NCBI GenBank assembly: GCA_902558105.1
Contig: CACECR010000002.1
Span: 1-54,021 of the forward strand
DNA: 54,021 bases
From: an uncultured Candidatus Marinamargulisbacteria bacterium
Lineage (GTDB): Bacteria > Margulisbacteria > Marinamargulisbacteria > UBA817 > CACECR01
Direction: 5' to 3'
Of this stretch, positions 9,447 to 17,135 are shown in pieces. The position numbers and the translations under genes were made by a program. Position 1 is the first letter of the stretch, and each line of letters starts with the position of its first letter. The notes beneath the pieces are model-generated. The model was given only the letters and a program-made list of their open reading frames with translations. It searched no databases and had not been told where the DNA came from.

Positions 9447-10482
9447 TATCATTTTCTTACTATTTATGAGTAACATAATTTACAGTTTTTATAATTTACC
9501 ATATATACCGTACAAAGAGGGACAATTTATTTTAAAAACTAACTACTCAGAGGGTGAACCGAGGGCAAGTGAACTATCTGTTTTACAAAGTGAAAGTGAT
9601 CAGAGCAAAAAAAGGTTACACTACACAGATTTAACGTTTGCATTTAAACAATTTGCAGTTGGATTAAGAGCTGTTCCAGTTAGATTTAGTGTTTTAGATA
9701 AAAAATTTGATATTACAGCACTTGGGTTTAATTTTTATTGGAGGCCAGACTTTTTAAAATTCAATAAACTTTTAAACTCACATATAGTGTTAGGAACTGA
9801 AAATATTGGAATAACAAATGATTTAAATAGCTCCGTATTTCGATATGATATTAAAACATCTTTTGCTACATTAAAATCAACACCTTTCAAACATTTTAAA
9901 CATTTTAACATTTATGTTTCTAGCTTAACTAATTTGGCAGAAGTTGATAAATATATTACAAGTTACGGAATCAGTTGGGAATATCCAAGAAGTAAGTTTT
10001 TCATAGAAAAATATTATGAACGATTATTAATTTCAGCAGAAGTAAATACGAGTAGCTATAGTAAGATTGGAATTATGATAAATCCAAGAGTATTTAGTCA
10101 ACGAAATTCAATACCAAATGATGTATTTCTACCTACATTCGGAATTAACCTTACATTTAATGGTTTTTTTATGAAACCTATAAAAATTATAAAACCTATT
10201 AAAATAAACAACTTATATATTGAATACATGGAAAAAGGCTTTATTGCATTTTATGAAGAAGACTATGATAAAGCATTATCGTATTATCAAAAAATAATAG
10301 TTAAATATCCACACTTTCCGTTAGCACATTCAAGATTAGGAGACATATACTATAAATTAAACATGCCAAACCTTGCAATGAAACATTGGAAAAAAACATT
10401 AATATATGAACCTAAAAACTATAAAGTGCTTAGAGCAACGAAACAGCTAGAAGAAGATTTAGCCAAAACTCAACGTAATTAA
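9433..10482 (+). CDS. Secreted protein with C-terminal TPR repeats
   Basis: Start trimmed to the ATG at 9433 (GAGGG Shine-Dalgarno site 5 nt upstream), overlapping the previous stop by 14 nt. Signal-like N-terminus MSRYSIIFLLFMSNIIYS. Beta-rich middle region. TPR-like C-terminus (EEDYDKALSYYQKIIVKYPHFPLAHSRLGDIYYKLNMPNLAMKHWKKTLIYEP). Confidence 0.55.
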   Translation: MSRYSIIFLLFMSNIIYSFYNLPYIPYKEGQFILKTNYSEGEPRASELSVLQSESDQSKKRLHYTDLTFAFKQFAVGLRAVPVRFSVLDKKFDITALGFNFYWRPDFLKFNKLLNSHIVLGTENIGITNDLNSSVFRYDIKTSFATLKSTPFKHFKHFNIYVSSLTNLAEVDKYITSYGISWEYPRSKFFIEKYYERLLISAEVNTSSYSKIGIMINPRVFSQRNSIPNDVFLPTFGINLTFNGFFMKPIKIIKPIKINNLYIEYMEKGFIAFYEEDYDKALSYYQKIIVKYPHFPLAHSRLGDIYYKLNMPNLAMKHWKKTLIYEPKNYKVLRATKQLEEDLAKTQRN

Positions 10483-11054
10483 AAATGATATTTAAATAAT
10501 AAATGATAGTTTGAATTAAGATTAGAGCCAATTTCAATTAAAACATCATTATATTTATACTGAAATATAGGTTGAGTTTCATAGGTAGTTTTACCTTTAC
10601 TTCGTTTGAATTCTATTTCATAAAATAATTTTAAAATTTTTGAATAATACAATGGAATTGAACTTCTTAATTTTAATTTATGAACAATAGATGAAATCTG
10701 ATAATAGTTATACAAACCCGATAAATCTAATTCATTAAATGTATAGTATAGACTGGAGTAAAAATTAAGAAACGTCTTGTTTTTTTTATTTAATGAAGGA
10801 CCATAATGAAAAGAAGATTTTAAAGATAAATGATTAGATTTATATACTGGAAAAGTAAAACCAGCTGAAGCAGCTTCAAAGTCTGATTGATGAAAATCTA
10901 ATAATCGTAAATGAAGATTTAATTTTTTATTAAGAAAATATGAAGAAGACAGTTCATACTTGGAATCTGTAAAAGAAGATTTAACACCAACTGTGTTTGC
11001 CTGACATAAACATACTAAGGATATTATTAGAATTAATATATATCGATACATCAT
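10479..11054 (-). CDS. Small outer-membrane beta-barrel protein (putative)
   Basis: Start trimmed to MMYRYILILIISLVCLCQA (signal peptide). Alternating beta pattern. C-terminal ..LLFKYHF ends in an aromatic residue, as in OMP barrels. Confidence 0.5.
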   Translation of the reverse strand: MMYRYILILIISLVCLCQANTVGVKSSFTDSKYELSSSYFLNKKLNLHLRLLDFHQSDFEAASAGFTFPVYKSNHLSLKSSFHYGPSLNKKNKTFLNFYSSLYYTFNELDLSGLYNYYQISSIVHKLKLRSSIPLYYSKILKLFYEIEFKRSKGKTTYETQPIFQYKYNDVLIEIGSNLNSNYHLLFKYHF

Positions 11055-11096
11055 GTTATTATAGCATAAAAGCTTAAATTTATATATTATTAAACA

Positions 11097-11357
11097 ATGA
11101 CACAATTAAGTGAAGATGATATTGATCGGATAATTGAAATGGCCTGGGAAGATAGAACTCCTCTAGATATCATTTTTAATCAATTTAATATTAATGAAAA
11201 TGAACTTATTTCGATCATGAGAAATAATATGAAATCAAGCTCATTTAAGATGTGGAGAAAACGAGTCAAATCTAGACCTACAAAACATTCAAAAAACAAA
11301 CTAAACGATTATAGTCGGTTTCAATGTCCAACACAAAACAAACCTCGACAAAAATAA
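11097..11357 (+). CDS. DUF2805 / TIGR03643-family small protein (photolyase-associated)
   Basis: The motif LSEDDIDRIIEMAWEDRTPLDIIFNQF...FKMWRKRV matches my memory of this family, which is typically found next to photolyase genes, as it is here. Confidence 0.65.
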   Translation: MTQLSEDDIDRIIEMAWEDRTPLDIIFNQFNINENELISIMRNNMKSSSFKMWRKRVKSRPTKHSKNKLNDYSRFQCPTQNKPRQK

Positions 11358-11365
11358 ATTTCCTG

Positions 11366-11395
11366 TTGATTCGCAAATTAATATTTTGATATATT
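11366..11395 (+). promoter_or_regulatory. Sigma70-like promoter candidate (TTGATT-N18-TATATT) in front of phrB
   Basis: Read directly. The -10 hexamer ends 7 nt before the ATG at 11403, and no Shine-Dalgarno site is present, which suggests a leaderless transcript or read-through from the DUF2805 gene. Confidence 0.3.
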
Positions 11396-11402
11396 AAACT
11401 TT

Positions 11403-12800
11403 ATGTCACAGAAAAATATAGTTTTTTTATTTAATAATCTACGTGTTTCCGACAACCCAGCACTTTATCATTCGATTAAAGATGGAGACACATCAGTAAT
11501 ATATAATTATGGTAACCAAAATATTGGAGCCGCTTCAAAGGTTTGGCTACACCATAGCCTTATTGAGTTTAAGAAACAGCTCAATCATGCCTTAAACATT
11601 CAAAACGACTGTAGTGAAGAATTGCTAAATAACTTAATCAAAAAAGACAAAATAAAAAGTATTTATTTAAATAGAAGTATTACTCCAGATCAAGCTTATG
11701 AAATGAAGAAAATAATTGAATTTGGAAAGAATAATGAAATACCCGTTTACTGCTATGAATCAGAATCATTGTGGCATCCGGATGAAATCCACAAAAATGA
11801 TGGAACTCCATATAAAGTATTCACACCGTTTTATAGAAAAGGGTGCTTACCACACAGTGTTCCAAGGAAACCATATCCGACACCAAATCTTAACATCTCC
11901 ACTTTAAATATAAGAAGTCTTAACATTGAGGACCTTAACTTATTACCTAGTATTAGGTGGGATAAACAATTAGTAGATTTATGGGATATTTCAGAAGAAG
12001 GTGCCCACAAGCAACTTAACGAATTTATAGAAGTAGGATTAACAAATTACAAAGAAGGCAGAAATTTTCCAGCTAAACCTTATATTTCAAAACTCTCACC
12101 ATACTTACATTTTGGACAATTATCAATTAATGAACTTTGGCATATCATTTTAAATCAAGAGGATTCCAAATCAAAAGATCATTTCTTAAGTGAGTTAGGT
12201 TGGAGAGAATTTTCTATATACTTACTACACCATTTTAAAAATTTACAAACAGAGAACTTTCAGAAAAAATTTGATAAATTCCCATGGAAGTATGATGAAA
12301 AAACACTTCAGAATTGGCAAAAAGGTCAAACAGGTATTCCAATAGTAGATGCTGGTATGAGAGAACTTTACACTACAGGATTTATGCATAATCGAAGCAG
12401 AATGATTGTAGGCTCTTTTCTAGTCAAAAATTTACTAATTGATTGGCGACATGGCGAACGATGGTTTTGGGATTGTTTATTTGATGCCGATCATGCAAGT
12501 AATAGTGCAAGTTGGCAATGGGTAGCTGGTTCTGGGGCAGATGCGGCACCATACTTTAGAATTTTTAATCCTGTGACACAAGCGGCAAAATTTGATCCTG
12601 ATGGTGAGTACATAAAAAAATATGTACCTGAACTTAAAAAATGTCCTTTAAAATATTTATTTGCACCATGGGAAGCACCTGATCATGAATTAAGAGCATT
12701 TGGAATAATTTTAGGAGAAACATATCCAAAACCAATTGTTGATTTAAAAAAATCTAGAGAGTCTGCTCTTGAGGCTTTTCAACTATTAAAGCAAACATGA
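11403..12800 (+). CDS. phrB: Deoxyribodipyrimidine (CPD) photolyase, class I type
   Basis: FAD-binding C-terminal block GFMHNRSRMIVGSFLVKNL..WRHGERWFWDCLFDADHASNSASWQWVAGSGADAAPYFRIFNP. N-terminal LRVSDNPAL. Confidence 0.85.
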   Translation: MSQKNIVFLFNNLRVSDNPALYHSIKDGDTSVIYNYGNQNIGAASKVWLHHSLIEFKKQLNHALNIQNDCSEELLNNLIKKDKIKSIYLNRSITPDQAYEMKKIIEFGKNNEIPVYCYESESLWHPDEIHKNDGTPYKVFTPFYRKGCLPHSVPRKPYPTPNLNISTLNIRSLNIEDLNLLPSIRWDKQLVDLWDISEEGAHKQLNEFIEVGLTNYKEGRNFPAKPYISKLSPYLHFGQLSINELWHIILNQEDSKSKDHFLSELGWREFSIYLLHHFKNLQTENFQKKFDKFPWKYDEKTLQNWQKGQTGIPIVDAGMRELYTTGFMHNRSRMIVGSFLVKNLLIDWRHGERWFWDCLFDADHASNSASWQWVAGSGADAAPYFRIFNPVTQAAKFDPDGEYIKKYVPELKKCPLKYLFAPWEAPDHELRAFGIILGETYPKPIVDLKKSRESALEAFQLLKQT

Positions 12801-14311
12801 GCAATTTAAGATTAGTCTTTGGAGATCAACTCAATAAAGAAATAAGCGCATTAAAAGGTCTTAGCAAGTCTGACTTTATTTTTATGTGTGAGGTAAAAGA
12901 AGAAGCCACACATATAAAGCACCACAAAAAAAAGATTGTTTTGTTATTTTCAGCCATGAGACATTTTGCCGAGGAGTTAAAAAAAGACGGTTATAACGTC
13001 ATTTATTCCAAATTAGAGGATGGTAATAATACGCAGTCTTTCGATAAGGAAATTGATAGAGTAATTAACACCAATAAGGTTAGCAAGCTTATCCTAACAG
13101 AACCTAGTGAATATAGAGTGTTAGAGAAATGTTTATTATGGAAATCTAAGCTAAATATTCCTGTTGAAATTAGAGAGGATACACGGTTTTTAGCAAGCCA
13201 TACAGACTTTGAAGTGTGGTCAAAAGATAAAAAACAACTAAGAATGGAGTTTTTCTATCGAAAAATGAGAGTAAAGCATAATATCTTAATGAATAATGAG
13301 CAACCAGAAGGTGGAAAATGGAACTATGATGCTGAAAATAGAAAGCCGCCCATTAAAGGACTCAATATTCCAGCACCTACAACATTCAAAGCAGATAATA
13401 TAACAAAAGAAGTCATCAATTTAGTGAAGAATGAGTTTAATACACATTACGGTAGTATCGAATCATTTAATTTAGCTGTCACAAGATCTGACGCACTTAA
13501 GGTTCTCGAAAAATTTATTAAAATTAGATTAGAGAAATTTGGGGACTATCAAGATGCTATGATCGAAAATGAACCATGGATGTATCATTCACATATAAGT
13601 TTTTATTTAAATTGTGGCCTACTTCTACCTTTAGAATGTATTTTAGAAGCTGAAAAAGCCTATAAAAAAGGAGCACCACTTAATGCAGTTGAAGGCTTTA
13701 TCCGCCAAATATTAGGTTGGCGAGAATATATAAGAGGAATTTATTGGCTACAGATGCCTCAATACGAAGAAATGAATGCGTTAAATGCAAGTAAAAAGCT
13801 ACCTGATTTTTTTTGGAACAATAATACAAACCTAAACTGTTTAAACCAATGTTTTTCTGAAACATATGAAAATGCATATGCACACCATATTCAAAGACTG
13901 ATGGTAATTGGAAACTTTTCTTTATTATGTGGATTAAATCCAAAAGAAGTAAATGAATGGTACCATATAGTATATGCAGATGCGTATCAATGGGTAGAAC
14001 TTCCAAATGTAAGCGGAATGGTATTATTTGCGGATGATGGAGTTGTCGCTAGTAAGCCCTATGCAGCCGGTGGTTCTTATATTAATAAAATGTCAAATTA
14101 TTGTAAAAACTGCAAATATTCAGTTAAAGAAAAAACAGGTGACTCAGCATGCCCATTTAATTATCTTTATTGGAACTTTCTTATTCAACATCAAGAAAAA
14201 TTTAAATCTAATCCAAGAATGGCCATGATATATCGAACTCTTCAAAAAATGGATGAAGATAAAGTTGAAGAAATCAAAAACTCGTCCATTAAATTTTTAA
14301 ATTCAATTTAA
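12797..14311 (+). CDS. FeS-BCP / PhrB-type cryptochrome-photolyase family protein (probable (6-4) photolyase with a [4Fe-4S] cluster)
   Basis: COG3046-like sequence (LVFGDQL.., ..ILGWREYIRGIYW.., ..HHIQRLMVIGNF..). Four Cys arranged C-x87-C-x2-C-x12-C (NC..YCKNCKY..SACPFNYLYW). This is the ligand spacing I recall for Agrobacterium PhrB and Rhodobacter CryB. ATGA overlap with phrB. Confidence 0.78.
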   Translation: MSNLRLVFGDQLNKEISALKGLSKSDFIFMCEVKEEATHIKHHKKKIVLLFSAMRHFAEELKKDGYNVIYSKLEDGNNTQSFDKEIDRVINTNKVSKLILTEPSEYRVLEKCLLWKSKLNIPVEIREDTRFLASHTDFEVWSKDKKQLRMEFFYRKMRVKHNILMNNEQPEGGKWNYDAENRKPPIKGLNIPAPTTFKADNITKEVINLVKNEFNTHYGSIESFNLAVTRSDALKVLEKFIKIRLEKFGDYQDAMIENEPWMYHSHISFYLNCGLLLPLECILEAEKAYKKGAPLNAVEGFIRQILGWREYIRGIYWLQMPQYEEMNALNASKKLPDFFWNNNTNLNCLNQCFSETYENAYAHHIQRLMVIGNFSLLCGLNPKEVNEWYHIVYADAYQWVELPNVSGMVLFADDGVVASKPYAAGGSYINKMSNYCKNCKYSVKEKTGDSACPFNYLYWNFLIQHQEKFKSNPRMAMIYRTLQKMDEDKVEEIKNSSIKFLNSI

Positions 14312-14315
14312 TAGT

Positions 14316-15761
14316 TTAGCGTTTTCGACTAGCATGCTTTTTTAGAATAGGCGATAAAATTTTTTGATGTGCCGTTGTTTTACGAAGAGCAAAAATCTGG
14401 TCTAACGCATATTTACGTGATTTTTTTTCATCGATGATTGGATCTGGGTATGAAGTAGGGTAGAGAGGCATGGTCCAAGGTTCATGAATAGATGAATCTG
14501 GTAAAGACTGTAACTCTGGAATCCAATGCCTAATAAACTGACCAGTGGGATCTTGATCATAACCTTGCTTAATTGGGTTATATACACGAAGAGTATTCAT
14601 TCCAGTCGTACCAGATTGCATTTGACATTGCGGGTAATGAATTCCAGGTTCAAAATCAACGAAGAGACTTGCTAAAAAGGGTGCGGTTAATTTCCAATCT
14701 AACCATAATTGATAAGAGGCAAAGCTCATTAACATCGCCCTCATCCGGAAATTAATCCAACCATGAGCATGTAAAGATCTCATACAAGCATCAATCATTG
14801 GAAACCCGGTTAAACCATTGGCCCATGATTTAAAAAGGTGAGTAGAGACCCTAGTACGAGCTAAAGTGTCATACAATGAATGCATATTTGTATCTTCCAA
14901 ATCAGGTTCATCTTCAAGCTTTTGAATAAAATGGCAATGCCAATATAAACGACTGATAAACGATTGAATTGATTTAATCCAATACCTCGAATCATTAGAT
15001 ACTTCTTGTTTTAATTGATTAAGTCGGTGGATAGAGTTTTGATAAATTTCCCTTATTGATAAACACCCAAAGGTAATGTAAGGAGATAATCTTGAACAAG
15101 AATCAAAAGCTGTTAATGGGGATGACATTTCATATCTATACAACTTTGAACGATGATATAAAAAGTCGTTTAATATTTTTAAGGCATTAGTACGCCCGCC
15201 TTTTAATCTATGTGGGCAAAGAATTTGTTGAGTAGAGTTAAGTGATGTAAACAAAGGAATATTATCAGAGGATTCCTTACAAGTTTGAATGGAATCCGGT
15301 TGAGTAATAATATTTTGGGTCATAATGTCATCCCAGTAACTAGCCCATTGATCGCGATCATCTAAAGCTCTAACCACACCATTCTGTTGACATTCAAGCC
15401 ATGACACATCATGTTGTTTACACCATGAAAGAATTTTTTTATCTCGTTCATATGTAAATAACGTACCTGTTTCTTGATGAGAAACCATGGTCGTAATTGA
15501 ATAAGTTTTAATTAAACGAGAAATGATATCAACTGAATCACCAACTTTCACAATTAAATGCGATCCCAGTTTAGAAAATTGCGAAGATAAATCATTTATA
15601 CACTCTATATAAAACTCATATTGTCGAAGACTGGAGTAATCTTTTTTCCAGTAATCAGGTTCAATTATTACAATCGGTAAAATCATACCTTGCTTTACCG
15701 CCTCGTCTAATGGAGCATGATCAACTATACGTAAATCTTTCTTAAACCAAACTAAAATCAT
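14316..15761 (-). CDS. Third cryptochrome/photolyase-family flavoprotein (Cry-DASH-like or photolyase-related)
   Basis: Start trimmed to MILVWFKKDLRIVDHAPL. GGRTNALKILNDFL.. and C-terminal ..GWINFRMRAMLMSFASYQLWLDW...FVDFEPGIHYPQCQMQSGT...RVYNP are CPF motifs. It is clearly distinct from the other two copies. Confidence 0.75.
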   Translation of the reverse strand: MILVWFKKDLRIVDHAPLDEAVKQGMILPIVIIEPDYWKKDYSSLRQYEFYIECINDLSSQFSKLGSHLIVKVGDSVDIISRLIKTYSITTMVSHQETGTLFTYERDKKILSWCKQHDVSWLECQQNGVVRALDDRDQWASYWDDIMTQNIITQPDSIQTCKESSDNIPLFTSLNSTQQILCPHRLKGGRTNALKILNDFLYHRSKLYRYEMSSPLTAFDSCSRLSPYITFGCLSIREIYQNSIHRLNQLKQEVSNDSRYWIKSIQSFISRLYWHCHFIQKLEDEPDLEDTNMHSLYDTLARTRVSTHLFKSWANGLTGFPMIDACMRSLHAHGWINFRMRAMLMSFASYQLWLDWKLTAPFLASLFVDFEPGIHYPQCQMQSGTTGMNTLRVYNPIKQGYDQDPTGQFIRHWIPELQSLPDSSIHEPWTMPLYPTSYPDPIIDEKKSRKYALDQIFALRKTTAHQKILSPILKKHASRKR

Positions 15762-15810
15762 ACGATTAGTATATAAAAAATTAAAAAATGAAATCAATAG
15801 AAATCAAGAG

Positions 15811-16485
15811 TTAGTAATAAATATCATTATGAAAGGATCGTGCAGACTCATTCAAAATTGATTTCACAGTAATTAACATTGAAATGGAATCAAGACAATC
15901 ATCGATTGAAACATGTGAATGATTTTTAACAAATAATTCAACTAATTTATCCACCATTGGAAATGTTTTTTTGAGTAACGAAATACGTTCAAAAATTCCT
16001 TCATTAGACTTTTTAGGGTGATGAATAGGGTGATGATTAAAGAAGCATTCGGGATGGCCTTCATAAACTCTAAATTGTGGATTAATTTCTAAAAAAGATT
16101 GAATCTCTTTTATTTTTTTAAATAAATTATAACTTTGTTTTGATAACTTTGGCTTATTATGATTGGAGCAGGTATGATTAATCTCAAGGTAATCCATATC
16201 AAGCCATTTAGCTAATGGGGCATAAAAAATACTACTATGTTTTTTTCCCAAATATTTTTTAGCTAACTTATCAGAAAATCGAGGATAAGAGTCTATTGAT
16301 TTAGGGAGATGTACCGGCATATCAATTACAATAAAACCTGATCTATATGTATCAAAGAAATGATTTAAATTATCTGTAAAAGACAATTCTAACTTACCAG
16401 AACTATTAATAGAAGACACGACCCAACCAAGCCGAGATCCATCAATTCCAAAAATTTTATTATTAAACTTGAATTCAGTTTTCAT
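15811..16485 (-). CDS. DUF429-like protein (predicted RNase H-fold)
   Basis: Start trimmed to MKTEFKFNNKIFGIDGSRLGWVV, which resembles the DUF429 N-terminal GxDg...GW motif. Lies upstream of, and on the same strand as, the Cry-like gene with a 49-nt gap. Confidence 0.45.
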   Translation of the reverse strand: MKTEFKFNNKIFGIDGSRLGWVVSSINSSGKLELSFTDNLNHFFDTYRSGFIVIDMPVHLPKSIDSYPRFSDKLAKKYLGKKHSSIFYAPLAKWLDMDYLEINHTCSNHNKPKLSKQSYNLFKKIKEIQSFLEINPQFRVYEGHPECFFNHHPIHHPKKSNEGIFERISLLKKTFPMVDKLVELFVKNHSHVSIDDCLDSISMLITVKSILNESARSFHNDIYY

Positions 16486-16504
16486 AGTTTCGTATACTGT
16501 AATA

Positions 16505-16771
16505 ATGACTACTAAACAATTAATATCAGCCAACTTCAATTTTGAGTGTAATACAAGAAATTACCGAGTGATTGTTGTTAATCATAACGTTACCATTTAT
16601 TGTTTTGGTATTAAAGACTTATTTAATATTTCTACAATTAAAAATGAAGTCTTTATTTACTTAAATAAAAATTTTCCATGCTCAAAAGAATTTTTAACTA
16701 AAACGTTTAAAGTAAAATACAAAAATAATAATAGCTTGTATGAAGTACCTTTCAGACTAATAGGATTTTAA
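16505..16771 (+). CDS. Small hypothetical protein, paralog of the next ORF
   Basis: Trimmed to MTTKQL.. to avoid overlapping the divergent gene. Shares ..GIKD.. and a C-terminal ..(L/F)IGF motif with 16773-17135. Confidence 0.35.
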   Translation: MTTKQLISANFNFECNTRNYRVIVVNHNVTIYCFGIKDLFNISTIKNEVFIYLNKNFPCSKEFLTKTFKVKYKNNNSLYEVPFRLIGF

Positions 16772-16772
16772 A

Positions 16773-17135
16773 ATGACTCTCGATCTCATTCGATATCGAA
16801 ATGCAAACATCATCATTGGCTACAGAAAAAAAGAAAAGCAAGGCTACTACTCATACTCTAAAGATTTATTTTGGTGGTCACAAAATGAACTGAATGGTGA
16901 AATATATGATGAATATTCAGGCATAAAAGACAAAAATAATAGAGAGTTATTTACAAATGATATTATTGAACTATCACGGTCAAAAGATGAAAAAGAAGAA
17001 TTTATAATCAAGGTAGATGAAACAAACCTATACTATATAGAGTCTATCGAATCTAATAAATCGTATCAATTATTTGCTGGGGATCTCTGCTTATTTAATA
17101 AGACAGATATTCAATTTATAGGATTTAATTATTAA
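16773..17135 (+). CDS. Small hypothetical protein, YopX-like (weak)
   Basis: YSGIKDKNNRELFTNDIIEL and terminal DIQFIGFNY resemble the phage YopX pattern (tGlkDknGkeIyeGDiv ... vIGNiye). By-eye match only. Confidence 0.35.
   Translation: MTLDLIRYRNANIIIGYRKKEKQGYYSYSKDLFWWSQNELNGEIYDEYSGIKDKNNRELFTNDIIELSRSKDEKEEFIIKVDETNLYYIESIESNKSYQLFAGDLCLFNKTDIQFIGFNY

Noticed and set aside
10775-10800. A8/T8 homopolymer inside the small OMP gene, and similar 8-9-nt runs elsewhere (for example 36098-36107 and 37545-37556), considered as phase-variation switches.
   Set aside because: Runs of this length are expected by chance at this AT content. They encode ordinary Lys/Asn/Phe stretches, and there is no population data to show length variation.
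16486-17135. The YopX-like pair considered as evidence for a prophage remnant or genomic island.
   Set aside because: There are no flanking direct repeats, tRNA, integrase or other phage genes, and the neighbours on both sides are ordinary chromosomal operons.
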